A program made the translations under genes and the position numbers. A stretch of DNA of 63,715 nucleotides, counting the filler, from Lenisia limosa (taxonomy: Eukaryota > Protista > Breviatea), in assembly GCA_001655205.1 (NCBI GenBank). It is 5 parts of 5 records of this genome, joined end to end, with 100 filler letters (N's around TTAATTAATTAA, not from the genome) between each part and the next. Parts side by side here need not be neighbours in the genome. Positions count along the whole stretch, not along the records: positions 38,247 to 49,772 come from LPNZ01006078.1; positions 49,873 to 59,183 come from LPNZ01011410.1; 3 more parts are not named here. One strand, written 5' to 3'. How positions within the stretch are numbered: the first letter of the stretch is position 1; every line of letters begins with the position of its first letter. The notes beneath the pieces are model-generated. The model was not told where the DNA came from, made no database searches, and saw only the letters and a list, made by a program, of their open reading frames with translations. Shown in pieces: positions 38,341 to 49,989 of this stretch.

Positions 38341-38754
38341 TTAAGAAATTTCCACCGATTGTAACTTTCGGCAAGTTTCTTCAGCTTCTTTTACTGAGGC
38401 TGGTGTGAGTGGTGTCCGTCCCTTTCTGTCTCCAAAGAACACAAAATCTTCTGGGGAGTTTCTCACAACACGGTGGTGAACAAATCTCACAAGACACTTC
38501 ATGAAGGTTGATCGAGGAATCTTGAAAGAGAAGGAACTGTCGGAGTCCATATGGAGAAATGCTGCTATTTTAGGCTGTTCTGAGTCAGCATCTGAAGCTA
38601 AGTACGCCTCAATTGCCTTCTTGAGGTAAATGTTCTTTTCTCTAGACGTAAGGATGGGCTCATTTTTATCTTTGTCAACACCAGCCCAGGCATTCTCAAG
38701 CTCAGGACAATCCGTAGTGAAATAGCTTTCTACAGGTTTGCGGCGGGAGACCAT
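38341..38754 (-). CDS. Intronless 137-aa ORF, unknown function
   Basis: Uninterrupted ATG-to-stop frame with protein-like composition; no motif recognised. Confidence 0.35.
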   Translation of the reverse strand: MVSRRKPVESYFTTDCPELENAWAGVDKDKNEPILTSREKNIYLKKAIEAYLASDADSEQPKIAAFLHMDSDSSFSFKIPRSTFMKCLVRFVHHRVVRNSPEDFVFFGDRKGRTPLTPASVKEAEETCRKLQSVEIS

Positions 38755-39739
38755 AATAATAGTTCCAAATTCTGGATATTGTTGTGGGGCTTTCTACAGT
38801 CCCAAAAAATGCTAAAAATCTCTATTTTTCCTCAAAAAACATCGATATTTAATCCAAGGAAATTAGTTTGATATATATCCTCTAATATATATATAAACGA
38901 ACACAATAAAAAAAATAGGTTAGATTTCAAAAATATATACATGTATGTCCACTCAAACTATGATGTAAGCAGCTTCTACACTTTGCAGTATTCTGTGGCG
39001 AACATCCTAGAGTTTCAATAAATTTTAGATACCCACCTTCACAAACAATTCCTTTTCACCGGTATTCTAGAATAATAACTACAATACAATGGTGTCGACC
39101 AAGAAATGGTTGTGACTAATATTTTGGTGGGGTAAACAAGCAAAAACCCAACCTTCCGTCTTTTGGATATTGACTGACGAGGAAAATTAAAAAAATACCA
39201 TGGAAATGCCAAAAACACCCCAGAATCAACTTTGTGGGCTAAATAATTGATAAGACATAAAGGTTGAAAACAAAAGACCCCACCCCCTCACAATTCAGGG
39301 GAGGGGGGAGTAAAATTGAAAAAATTATGAAACAAAAAAGCCCACAGTCAACTCTGTTGGATGACAGCACACGAGGGTTGATAACAACANNNNNNNNNNN
39401 NNNNNNNNNNNNNNNNNNNNNNNNNNNNNNNNNNNNNNNNNNNNNNNNNNNNNNNNNNNNNNNNNNNNNNNNNNNNNNNNNNNNNNNNNNNNNNNNAGGC
39501 ACTATTGTAACTAGGTTTATAAAGATACAGTCTTATTGAAACGGATCAAAATAATCCGGCGGAACTGGATCGTTTCTATTTCAAGACTGAGTCCTCGATA
39601 AATCCTCGACAAGTCTTCGACATCCTCGACAATCCTCGATACATTTTCTATCGATATTTTAGCGACAGGAAGAGTGAAGGACCTTTTATGAGACTGCAGG
39701 TCCATTTCTCTCATAATATAGTGAATAGTATTTTCTATG

Positions 39740-40070
39740 TAGATGTACACTGACCAGCTCTACCGTCTGGAACCAGTTGCCGAGATAATACATCTTATTA
39801 CCACCACAATTCAAGATAACTGACATAGCCCTTTTTCTGATATACAAAGAAAACAAATATAATGAAGGCCTACTCTTGCCCTTGACGTCAGTGCCCTTGA
39901 GGAGAAGTAATGCGGCCTTCTTTCTTAATGTTCTTGGCGCCGTGGTGGATGCACAAGGGCTCGATGAGTTGATCAAAGTCGGTGATGTTCTTGTACTTGT
40001 ACATAGTACGGGCGATGGTGTCAACATGAGCATAGGACCCAGAGTCGTTATCGTGGAGGGGAACCATCAA
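39740..40070 (-). mobile_element. Second fragment of the Kolobok-like transposase, including the catalytic exon
   Basis: LHDNDSGSYAHVDTIARTMYKYKNITDFDQLIEPLCIHHGAKNIKKEG is near-identical to 43463-43633; the neighbouring intron and the start of the next exon also match. Confidence 0.9.
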
Positions 40071-40907
40071 TAGTTATTGAATTACAATGTGAAATGGATG
40101 AATCTTGACTGTATAACATAATAGTTAGTAATTATCATACTAATAAGGTCAGTGTTAATATGTGCTCAATACTTTAGAAGTCTTTTCATCAAACCTTTAA
40201 GAAATCAGTGATGGTTTGGTTCATCGACTCAGCAATATTAAATACAGAGGTAAAGTGTGAAGACCATTGCAGAAAGTGACGCAGTTCGGTAGTCAGTCAG
40301 TTCATCTTAACTATTAAGAAGAGCAGAATTAAAATAATCTAGTTTACATCAATAGATGGCAGGGGGAAGGAATAATGCGTTACTATGAAGTATCTACTTC
40401 ACTGAAATATAAAAAGCACATAGAATGGAAACAAAGTAAGTCTTTCGCCTGATAATAACCAGTTCAGGTAATACAATTACGTATTTTTCTTTAATAATAA
40501 GGATAGGAAGAGGAAAAGATGTAGTTATTGAGGCAGGAGATGAGGGGGGAAATAACAGTTTTTAGTGATCACCCTCAAAAATGAAAATCTACATGTAGTA
40601 TGTATATTATATTACATGTATATATGGGTCCTCAAAGCTCCGGATATCATTCAAAATTTACCGGACACATCAAAACTCCCGGACAGATTGAAGTATACAC
40701 CTTGAATAGGCCGTTAGTGTTTTTGTAAAATAGCACTGTCTACAAGGGTAAACTTTCTCGGATAGTTGCCATTTGTTCCTTGATGATGACCTTTTATAAC
40801 GATTATGTGTGTTTTTGGCAGTATTTGGGCCATAAACAGAGAGCTTAACCCGACTACATACTATATATGAAGATCATATTTTTAAAAAATGAATTTTATG
40901 GGTTTAG

Positions 40908-41150
40908 TCTGGGATGACTTCTTTGGGTATATGTGCTTGCAGAAGCGATAAAACTTCATCGATTCAATTATTGCTTGAGAAAGGTTCAAACCCGAATCAT
41001 CAAGATGAAGTTTTTTTCAAAAAATATCTAATTGTGAATGGCAATACTCCACTTCACTTGGCGTCCCAAGCTGGGCGAATTCGTTCAACCAAAGGGTTAC
41101 TTGCAAATGATTTGGTTGATTTAAATATTCGAAACAAGGTTGGTCAAGTT
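40908..41150 (+). pseudogene. Ankyrin-repeat gene fragment with a probable 27-nt intron
   Basis: GMTSL...IQLLLEKGSNPNHQDE|NGNTPLHLASQAGR...LLANDLVDLNIRNK; removing 41010-41036 restores the DxxGxTPLH consensus. Confidence 0.7.
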
Positions 41151-41898
41151 TTTTTTTCTTGTAATTGCACACAAATAATTCTAAGGGATAAGGTGACACG
41201 TAGTGTGGGTCCCCATAGCCCGATCATTATTACAGTTATTAGAGGCATTAATTAGCACATTGGTTTCCCCAATGGGTTTACAACCAACAATGGGTTGGAG
41301 GTTTCTTGTAAAGTGGATTTCACTTCAATAGAAATGAACTGAACTTGGGGGAGACAACAGTTCAGTAGTGTGGATAAGTCCATTTTGCCCTATTTTTTTT
41401 TGAGAAAATCCATATCAGGGCTGTTTTTAGACGAAAAACTACCCTGCTGAATTATCCTTAAGAGTCATTTTTCCTCACCACACTTTTATTAATTGTTGCA
41501 AAATCGAAAAAAGGACTGAACCACCTTTAAACCCTGCCAGGTAAACGCATGGAAAGTTGGTACATACGCTCCCGCGCCAAAACCCCGTCATTATTGGGAT
41601 ATCCCGTCATTATTGAATAAACGGCGTCATAATACCACAAGAATTCATTATTTTTCTATTCTAACCAGTAGAAAGTAAAAATTAGCAAAAATATATATAA
41701 AAAAAACGGAAGTGTCGGAAGTTCAGTTCATCCCCTTTTCACGCTCCACTCAAAAGCGGTCAGCTGGCTTGTTAATAAGAATCGCAATTGAATCCCATAA
41801 GAAAAATTTTGTACTTTCAAGCTTTTTTTTTGAACAAGAGAAATAATTTACATTAGAAATCTAGGTAACAAAAAAATACATTGCTCATTATCATCCAG

Positions 41899-42190
41899 AG
41901 ACTGAAGGTACATTTGATGGTAATGCTGCATATCCTTGGCTCTTCCATGAAGCTGGAGCAATCGGCCAGGTGCTGTACCTCTCCGCTTCTGCTACCGATT
42001 TTAGTGGAACTGGCATAGGTAACTGGATTGTACGTGTCAAGGGATAACCCGCGCCGATTTTATCGCCTCATCCTCAACAGGCTGTTTCCTTGATGAAGAG
42101 TCACTTCAGGCTGCCGGTCAGCATCTGACTGAACACTTCCTGCCGTTATATGGCTCCACTGTTTGGAGGCCAAAATCCTTAAATTCTCGT
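41899..42190 (+). pseudogene. Orphan C-terminal exons of a SagB/ThcOx-like nitroreductase
   Basis: YPWLFHEAGAIGQVLYLSASATDFSGTGIG|CFLDEE..LPLYGSTV matches EaG.iGQ.LYL.A.a.g..gtGIGcf.Dd; intron 42019-42080 is GT-AG; upstream exons not found. Confidence 0.7.
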
Positions 42191-42529
42191 TTTTGAGAGC
42201 AGTGTTTATTTAAAAGCTAATAGTAGCCAAAAAACAGACGCAACAAAAAAGGAACCAAACATCAATAATTTTTTTTTCAGATATCATATGCATCATCGGG
42301 GTAAAAGCTTGAGATTGTGGGGTAGATGATTGCTATGTTGTGTCTTAGTGACTAGTTTTGCTATTGCGGTGGTCTAGATGAATATTAGTACTTGTATAGG
42401 ACCTAATCCCACCTAGCAGACACCTGTCACAGTGGGTGGAGGTGGGGGGGGGGGGGNNNNNNNNNNNNNNNNNNNNNNNNNNNNNNNNNNNNNNNNNNNN
42501 NNNNNNNNNNNNNNNNNNNNNNNNNNNCA

Positions 42530-45049
42530 TGAACAGCCTTCCATATGTATCAAATCGACTTCTGCAGCAAGGATGAGTTTCTGGCCCAAATGGTAAGTTC
42601 TTTCATGTTTCCCTTTTCCTTCTAACATGATCAGAAAGAGATCGAGAAAACTCCCATCCCAGTTCTGCCTCCCCTTTCTCTTGCTGATCCTATTGCTAAG
42701 AAGAAGCCTACTTCGATCGTGAGAAGTCACTCAACCAGAAATGCCGCCGTCGAGTCTTCCGTTAAGAAAGATCTACGCGACGAGAACCTCAACTTCTGTC
42801 AAAAGACTTCACCTTGCTGCTCTCCCTCCCACCAAGTACGATGGAGAATTTTTGTCAAACGACGCATCACCAACCTCTCTGCTTGTCTCTCCGGTACTCC
42901 TGTCAAGGCCGCTTCTCTTCGCAACATTTTCAAGCCCGCTGACGAGACCACATCCGAGCGCACAATGCATCATCAAGACTGAGATACTGCCCGTTGCCAC
43001 CAAGGTATGTTCAAGCCTATTATCAATATGGCTCGTCAAGAGATTTACCAACTCGGAAGGTCCCAAGATCGTTTTCAGCGCAGACACTCGCCACTCTAAG
43101 GTATTGTATATTGTTTTTGGGGCTTATGAGAATATGCAGAAAGCTGTTTTTTCTTTGTATAGTATTGTTTTCATCAACTCTTTTGTATTTCTTCTTGTAG
43201 ATCTGAATTTGTTTTCATTGTTTCAAAACCTCGTGTTTGATTCATACACAATCAACTGTTTTAGTCCATCGATTACAACAGCCTTGACGCGACCACCTTC
43301 ATATTCCACAAGGACAAGATTATTGCCCATGACCGCAAGGATGACGCCAAGGACACTGAGCATGTCTCGGGGCTGAGCACTGTTTCGTCGATCTTGTCAA
43401 GCTTGCTTCAGGCCTAACGCTTTCGTAGGAAAGGTTACTTGGAATACACATTGTATATTCAGCTCCACGATAACAACTCTGGGTCCTATGCTCATGTTGA
43501 TACCATCGCCCGTACTATGTACAAGTACAAGAACATCACCGACTTTGATCAACTCATCGAGCTCTTTTGCATCCAGCACGGCGCCAAGGTCATTAAGAAA
43601 GAAGGCCGCGTTAATTCTCCTCAATGGCACTGACGTCAAGGGCAAGAGTAGGCCTTCATTATGAAAATATTTGTTTTCTTTTTTTTTTCAGAAAAACTAT
43701 GTTAGAGTTAGCTTGACTGCTGGTGGTATTCTGATGTATTATAGACAAGGATCTCGGCAACTTGTTCCAGACTGTATTTCGAGTAATCTACAAGAATGCC
43801 AAAGGTGACGTCAAGTTCGCCATGACCTGCTTTTCCGAGGTTTGAGGGGGGGGGTGCTGTTTTTTCTGGCTCAATGATCTTGTTGCGTTCTCAAATATTG
43901 GAGGAATCGAGGGTTCTTTAGTTTTTCACATTCCTCATCTTGTAAACGTGGGTTTCTATAAGAAGGGTTATTTTTTGGAAAATATGTTACTTTGAAAGTT
44001 ATTCCCTTGTTTTATTTTAACTAATGTGAAAATCTTGGGTGAAGTTTTTTTATAATTTTCTGCATTTAACCACCCAGATCCCCGACCACCTCACCGGCAC
44101 TCACAAGAAGAACGGCAAGAGGTTGACTCTTTGCCGGCTCCACAANNNNNNNNNNTGTCTCAGTCCGTCCTGTCCTTGTACAAGGTTTGTTTTTATTTGC
44201 ATTTGTATCACGTATAAGGAACTGTATTTATGATGTAGCTTTGGGGTACCGCTGATGTTGCCGCCCTTTATGTGCCAACACGAACAACATCGAGTCCGCT
44301 AATTCTGTTGTAAGCTTACCACTTGATTTATTTTGGATTGTGAATCAACCAAATTAATTTATTATGAACAGATCCTCAAGTTCATCGCCAAGCGTATTCA
44401 CGCGAAGCACCGCCTTCAATTAGGCATCTTCTTCACGGCTGCTTTGATTAACTGGGGTGAGAAGTACTTCCGGGTAATGTTCTTTGTTTTCAATACTACC
44501 TACTTTTCTATTCTTTGACATAATCTTGAAAAGCAAATCTCAATATAAAATGGTGTGCAATTGGTTTTCTTTTTTCTCTTTCCCCTCATTTATTCTGACC
44601 TCTGCTAATTTATTGCAAGAATAACAATTTTAGAACTTGAGATTGACGCCAACGTCGCTGCCACTACTGCTGTCTTTCTTGACCGTGAGTACCGTCGTCT
44701 GAAGAAGAAGTCTGAGAGCGCCAAGTCCAAGCGCAAGGTCCATTGCGTCAATTCACTACTATCGTGGGAGCTCAGGTGTTCTTCCTGTTCGTGTTTGTGG
44801 GGGTTTATGAGTACAGTGGGGGTATATATTGAGTTTTTAGAGAATATAGTTTTTGTTTTTGAGTGCTCTTTTACCCTCAACTCACCTGATTGGCCCCTCA
44901 AGAGCTCCACTAACATGGTCCGTAAGTCTCTCTTCAATGCCGACGATGACGCTGAGTTCTCGGATGACGATGTCGAGGAGGAAGAGGGGGGTGTTCGGGA
45001 CCAGGAGAAGAGCGACACGGAGTACGATGTTGAGGATGTTGAGGATTAG
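42530..45049 (+). mobile_element. Intron-rich Kolobok-like (Mutator-like fold) DDE transposase, frameshifted copy
   Basis: KIVFSADTRHSK|SIDYNSLDATTFIF (first D, YNS), LHDNNS...CIQHGAK (second D, CxxH), NTNNIESANSVILKFIAKR (E), acidic tail. About 9 GT-AG introns; at least 4 frameshifts (near 42970, 43370, 43410, 44270). Confidence 0.8.
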
Positions 45050-45169
45050 TCTGTTTCTGTTGTTCATTTGTGTCAGGTTATCATTATCATTATAATAGAA
45101 TATAACTATCACTCTCCCAACTGCCAGAATTTTTGAACATATTCAATGCCAGAATAAAGTATATTAAAA

Positions 45170-45700
45170 AGATTACAGATCTTCATACAGTCTACGCACT
45201 TCTGTTGGACCAACAAGGAGAGGAGGTTTGTCACCTACAGGGAGGTGGTGTGGTTGACTAACGTGTGACTCTACCGGAGTGCATCACAGCCAAGGGTGGT
45301 CCTCATCCATGAATTGGTCACGAATACGGCACCAATCCTAAAGAATCATACAGATCAAGAAAAGAAAAAGGAGAAGTTCTTCCAGAATGAAATAGAAAGT
45401 GATCAAAAACACATTTTTCCTTAATAATAAGAGTAAAGCAACCCTGGAGAGGCTTGGAGGGGAAGGCTGTCAAAGAGGGAGAGTAAATCATGTTGTTGCA
45501 GTTTAACACTGTAGAGTCGAGGGATTCAATGATGAATAGTCATCTATACAAAAGTTTGTCCCCACTTATGCATTCCTCTGGTGTGGTGCTCCCTCCAGAG
45601 AGGCTGCACCAACAGCCTCAATAGCCTCAGCGCTGTGGAGGTGGAAGACATCGTCTCTAGACGCGGAGGCAATGTCACTAGACACAAAAAAGCGTTCGTG
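45170..45700 (-). pseudogene. KolX-like accessory gene, copy 1, disrupted by an internal inversion
   Basis: Convergent with the transposase; homologous to 45940-46490, but 45205-45289 is inverted. Confidence 0.7.
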
Positions 45701-45939
45701 TAGGCTATAATTTTCATTTTTCAACAAAAAAGTGGGGAAAAAAAAAAAAAAAAATCAAATTTTGAGGGTTNNNNNNNNNNATGAGGATTAGTCTGTTTCT
45801 GTTGTTCATTTGTATCAGGTTATCATTATCATTATAATAGAATATAACAATCACTCTCCCAACTGCCAGAATTTTTGAACTTATTCAAAACCAGAAGAAA
45901 GTATAGAAAGAAATATGATGATAAACCAAAATGATTATA

Positions 45940-46490
45940 AATCTGCATACAGTCTACGCACTTCTGCCGTGATGCACTCCGGTAGAGTCACACGTTGGTC
46001 AACCACACCAAGAATCACAGCCACCTCCCTGTATATGTGGCAAACCTCCTCTCCTTGTTGTTCCAAGGGTGGTCCTCATTCATGAGTTGGTCACGATGAC
46101 GGCACCAATCCTAAAGGATCAGAAGTTCTTCCAGAATGAAATAGAAACTGATCAAAAACACATTTATCCTTAATAATAAGCGTAAACCACCAACCCTGGG
46201 GAGGCGGGGGAAGGCTGTCAAGGAAGGAGCGGAAGTGGGAGTCGACTAAAGAAGTAAATCATGTTGTACAATACAGTATTAGCAGTTTAACACTGTAGAG
46301 TTGAAAGATTCAATGGTGAAAAGTCACTAATACTAAAGTTATGTCCCCACTTCCGCAGGTGTGGTGCTCCATTTCCTCCTCCAAAAAGGCTGCACCAACA
46401 GCCTCAATAGCCTCAGCGCTGTGGAGGTGGAAGTCATCACCTCCAGATGCGGTGACAATGTCTCCAGACACACAAAAAAGCGTTCGTTTA
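45940..46490 (-). mobile_element. KolX-like accessory gene (P2X7 ballast-like domain), copy 2
   Basis: DWCRHRDQLMNEDHPWNNKERRFATY/REVAVILGVVDQRVTLPECITAEVRRLY fits N..R.F..YR......G...R..LP.C....iR..y; one small frameshift. Confidence 0.75.
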
Positions 46491-48453
46491 AGCGCCTAAA
46501 CTCCCTCATGTTAAGACGCGTCTTTACAGTTTTCATTATATCAGCAAAAGGGTGAAAAAAAACGAAAAATCAGGGTTGGCACAATTGGGCGGTACACCCC
46601 CAGAAAAAATGAAAATATTATTCCGTGCTTTTCTGTCATGCAGCATATTATTGTTATTATTGTGTACATAAGTACGTTATACCACCTTAATTCACCCAAT
46701 CATTTCATTTGCCTTAACAACTCTGTGCACACAGCTTTCTGCGTGCCTCCCAATATAGTAATCTTATGTTTAGGCTGGATTAACTCCTCTTCTTATTGCT
46801 CTTCATTATAAAAGAGCTGATATTTCAAAACTTCTAATTAAAAGTGGAGCAGAACTACACCATCAAGATAGTGTATGTTTTTTTTTGCTGTTTAGTTGTA
46901 CCTGCCTTTAAAGCGGTCAAAAGCACATTTTTTATCTGCAATTATTACTAATATCCTAAATGGGGTTCAGACTGAAAATGTCTTTTTTGACTAGTTATTA
47001 TTTCACTGTTCGTGAATTGACACATTTCATTTTTTTTTGCGATATTGTATTAAGGTGGTCGTTCATGTTGTCATTGCAGGGCCTAGAAAACGATACAAAC
47101 ATCAAACTGTAGAAATTAATTTGTAATATTTTTTTATTTTTTAGAGGTCGGAACCACAGAAATATAATTTTTGTTTTTCAAAATATACTTGCTTTTTTGA
47201 GATATACAACTAAAAACCAGACAGCTTGACGAAATTCTCTGACTCTGAATTGTCTCGGCTCTCATCGTCCCCTCTTCGGTATAATGTTGCCAGTAAGGCA
47301 GTTCTCGTCGTTGTTTTATCAGAGAAGAACTGATCGCAGTGTCAATTGTTGGCAGTGCCAACATGTTGAAAGCCAGTCTCGAGTATCATTATGAGGTCCA
47401 AGGGGGTGCGGTGCGTGTATTCATATCATTTCGAAAAAAAAGTTATACTTTATTGAAAATGAGAATTATATAGTTCATATGATCTAGTTTTTACTTGGTA
47501 TTTTCAAATAATTGTGTTTTAGATCACCAGATCAGTGAGACATTAGTCCATCACCAAAAATTTATACTTTTCTTTTTTTCTTTTATTCCACTGGTTATTG
47601 AGGTTTTGCAACTGATAACGTGTTGTTAGTTCAAAAACATTGATTTTGAAACATGTTTTGTGTCTTGTATGAATGTTTAAGAGCTGGATTATTTTATTTT
47701 TCTGTTGAAACCTATCACTTCCTTTCTTATTCGACTATGATAGTGTAAGGATATTGAGACCGGTATATTGAAAGCCAGGATTGCAGTGTCAGGAGGACAA
47801 CCATGTTGGACGATTGTATAGGGTTAAAACCCATAACACCTACCCTTCATGGAGCCCTATTGTGTATTGATTGAAGAAACATATATAGAGCCTAGTTTAG
47901 GAGAATAACCTGGGATGAGGAGGGTGGGCTCAAAAATATTTCAAAAGAGGAATTGTTATTCATATTTTTTGTTAAATCTCAGATGAACTGAAATTAGTCT
48001 CTTAACATATTTACGATATTACAATTGTGCGATTATGTAATCTGTTTTTTGCTATCATTGTTTACATCCCTCTTACCTGAAATAAAACTATCATTAAACA
48101 CACTGCTGCATTTAAGACTATATATATATATTTTTTTTTCTCTCTTTTTTGTCTTTTTAATGTAACTATCATCTCCAATTAAGTTTATCCAAGGACTTTT
48201 CTGGTATTAAATAAATACGATCAAGTAATTAAATCAAAAGACAAATTCACAGTATCGTCAAAATTTTAGAAGTCATAAATTTATGTACTTGTGTTCATTT
48301 GACCCTAAAATACCGATATAAAACCGAAAATTATCGATAGTTTATCGGGGCGTTGCTTGAGTCAAAGTAATACTATTTCAAATGAAATCAATCAAAATAA
48401 TAATAATAATAATTTTATCTTAATGATGTGAAATTAATCACACCATTTTAGCA

Positions 48454-49700
48454 TCAGGAACCAATTCCTACCTTTATGGGTGAGGGGATACGGTTGTTGG
48501 TGGTTGAGAAGGGGAACATGCCGACAAGGGCCTCGGTAACGCGCATGTGGAAGCTCTTGCGGTCGATAGCTGGGCGTCCGGCAGAGGAGAGGAAGTCAGA
48601 GTAGGCAATATGTGCATTGATCATGGACTGATCGATGAAGTAGTACACAATGCACATCTGCCAGCGTCGTCTTTGGCGGTGTGAGGTGGTGCTAAATAGT
48701 CAGTATTGTCGATTAAAGAGCAAAAAGTAAAATTTTCATTTGTACTTAAACACACAACTCCCCCCTTACAAAGAGCGGAGAGCATCCGTGAGATAAACGT
48801 AAACTACGATGAGGTTGTACCAATGCACAACAGCGGGACAGGAAAAGGTTTACAATAATGAAATATGAACCAAGCCATAATCTTAATATCATCTTTCATA
48901 CAACTCGGTCATGACAGCCAGGCTCACATCACCAAAGGTGGTCATCATGGTTGCGGGCCCACCATCCAGCCAACAGCTCCAGCGGATATCATCAGACGAC
49001 ATCTCGATGAAGGAATGATGCGGTTCGTGCCACATGCGTTGATGCCTTGAGCCTTGATGGTCTTGAAGAGCGTAGTTGAAGTAAACAGGTTGTCAAGAGC
49101 AATGATGTGACCTTCAGCGGTGAGGGTCTTGACGAGCTTAAGGACGTGCTCGCTGATCTTGGTACCGTCGGCTAGGTGGAAAGAGGTGTCAAAGACATAA
49201 CCCCCTTCTCCAGCGATGGCGTAAACAGGATGCCCGATGAAATTGGCTTCATTTGACCTGGTGACCTAATGAAATTAATCACAAAATATAACCAAGCGTG
49301 ACCAAAAAAGAATCCCCCGACGAATACAAATAAAATCACACTTAACCAACCTTGAACGTGACGTACTTGGACTTTGTAGCAATCATTTGTTCATCAATGG
49401 CAAGATGGCGTGGGGGGTCGTTGGCAGAGCGCCAGGCGGCAGTGACGGCAGTGAGGAAGGGACGGATCTTGCTCATGTTAAAAACTGGACCAATATGGTC
49501 TGGTGGTCTATAAAAGGATAAATAAAAAAATTCAATCTTTCACAACAAAGCCACGCCTAGTTGAACAATAATTTATCAAAAAAAATTTGTTCGAAATATA
49601 GACACAGGACACACAGGACACAAAACAACATAGAATATGATGAAACCAAACAACCTCATCATCAACGTCAACAGTCTCGTCCTCAGAAGATGAAGCTTAT
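48454..49700 (-). mobile_element. piggyBac-family transposase pseudogene with introns
   Basis: SKIRPFL, HLAIDEQM (D1), GYVFD, IIALDNLFTS (D2), CGTNR, WLD, PAVVHWYN, RRRWQMCIVYYFIDQSMINAHIAY; internal stop and frameshift; GT-AG introns. Confidence 0.88.
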
Positions 49701-49772
49701 AGTACTTTTATAGGGAAAATTCAAGCTGTCCGGGAGTTTTGATGTGTCTGGAGATTTTGAATGATGTCCGGA

Positions 49773-49872
49773 NNNNNNNNNNNNNNNNNNNNNNNNNNNN
49801 NNNNNNNNNNNNNNNNTTAATTAATTAANNNNNNNNNNNNNNNNNNNNNNNNNNNNNNNNNNNNNNNNNNNN
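49773..49872. other. Artificial scaffold-joining spacer
   Basis: Same 44N-TTAATTAATTAA-44N structure. Confidence 0.95.
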
Positions 49873-49989
49873 ATATAATACATATCATATACCATAGTTA
49901 TTTGGGGTCATCCAGACCATGTTTGTTTTCTGCCATTTTTGACCACATAGGGGTCTCGGGCGTGACATCGATTGGATTGTGGATGAAGA

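Noticed and set aside
42741-43376. The 211-aa track ORF as a real protein
   Set aside because: Homology with the 13.1-13.3 kb remnant shows the N-terminal coding frame is the 42719-42982 frame; the track ORF joins a wrong frame, true coding sequence and an intron.
47821-47827. piggyBac terminus (GGG-TTAA)
   Set aside because: Wrong orientation to bound the minus-strand transposase at 48454-49700, and no matching partner was found.
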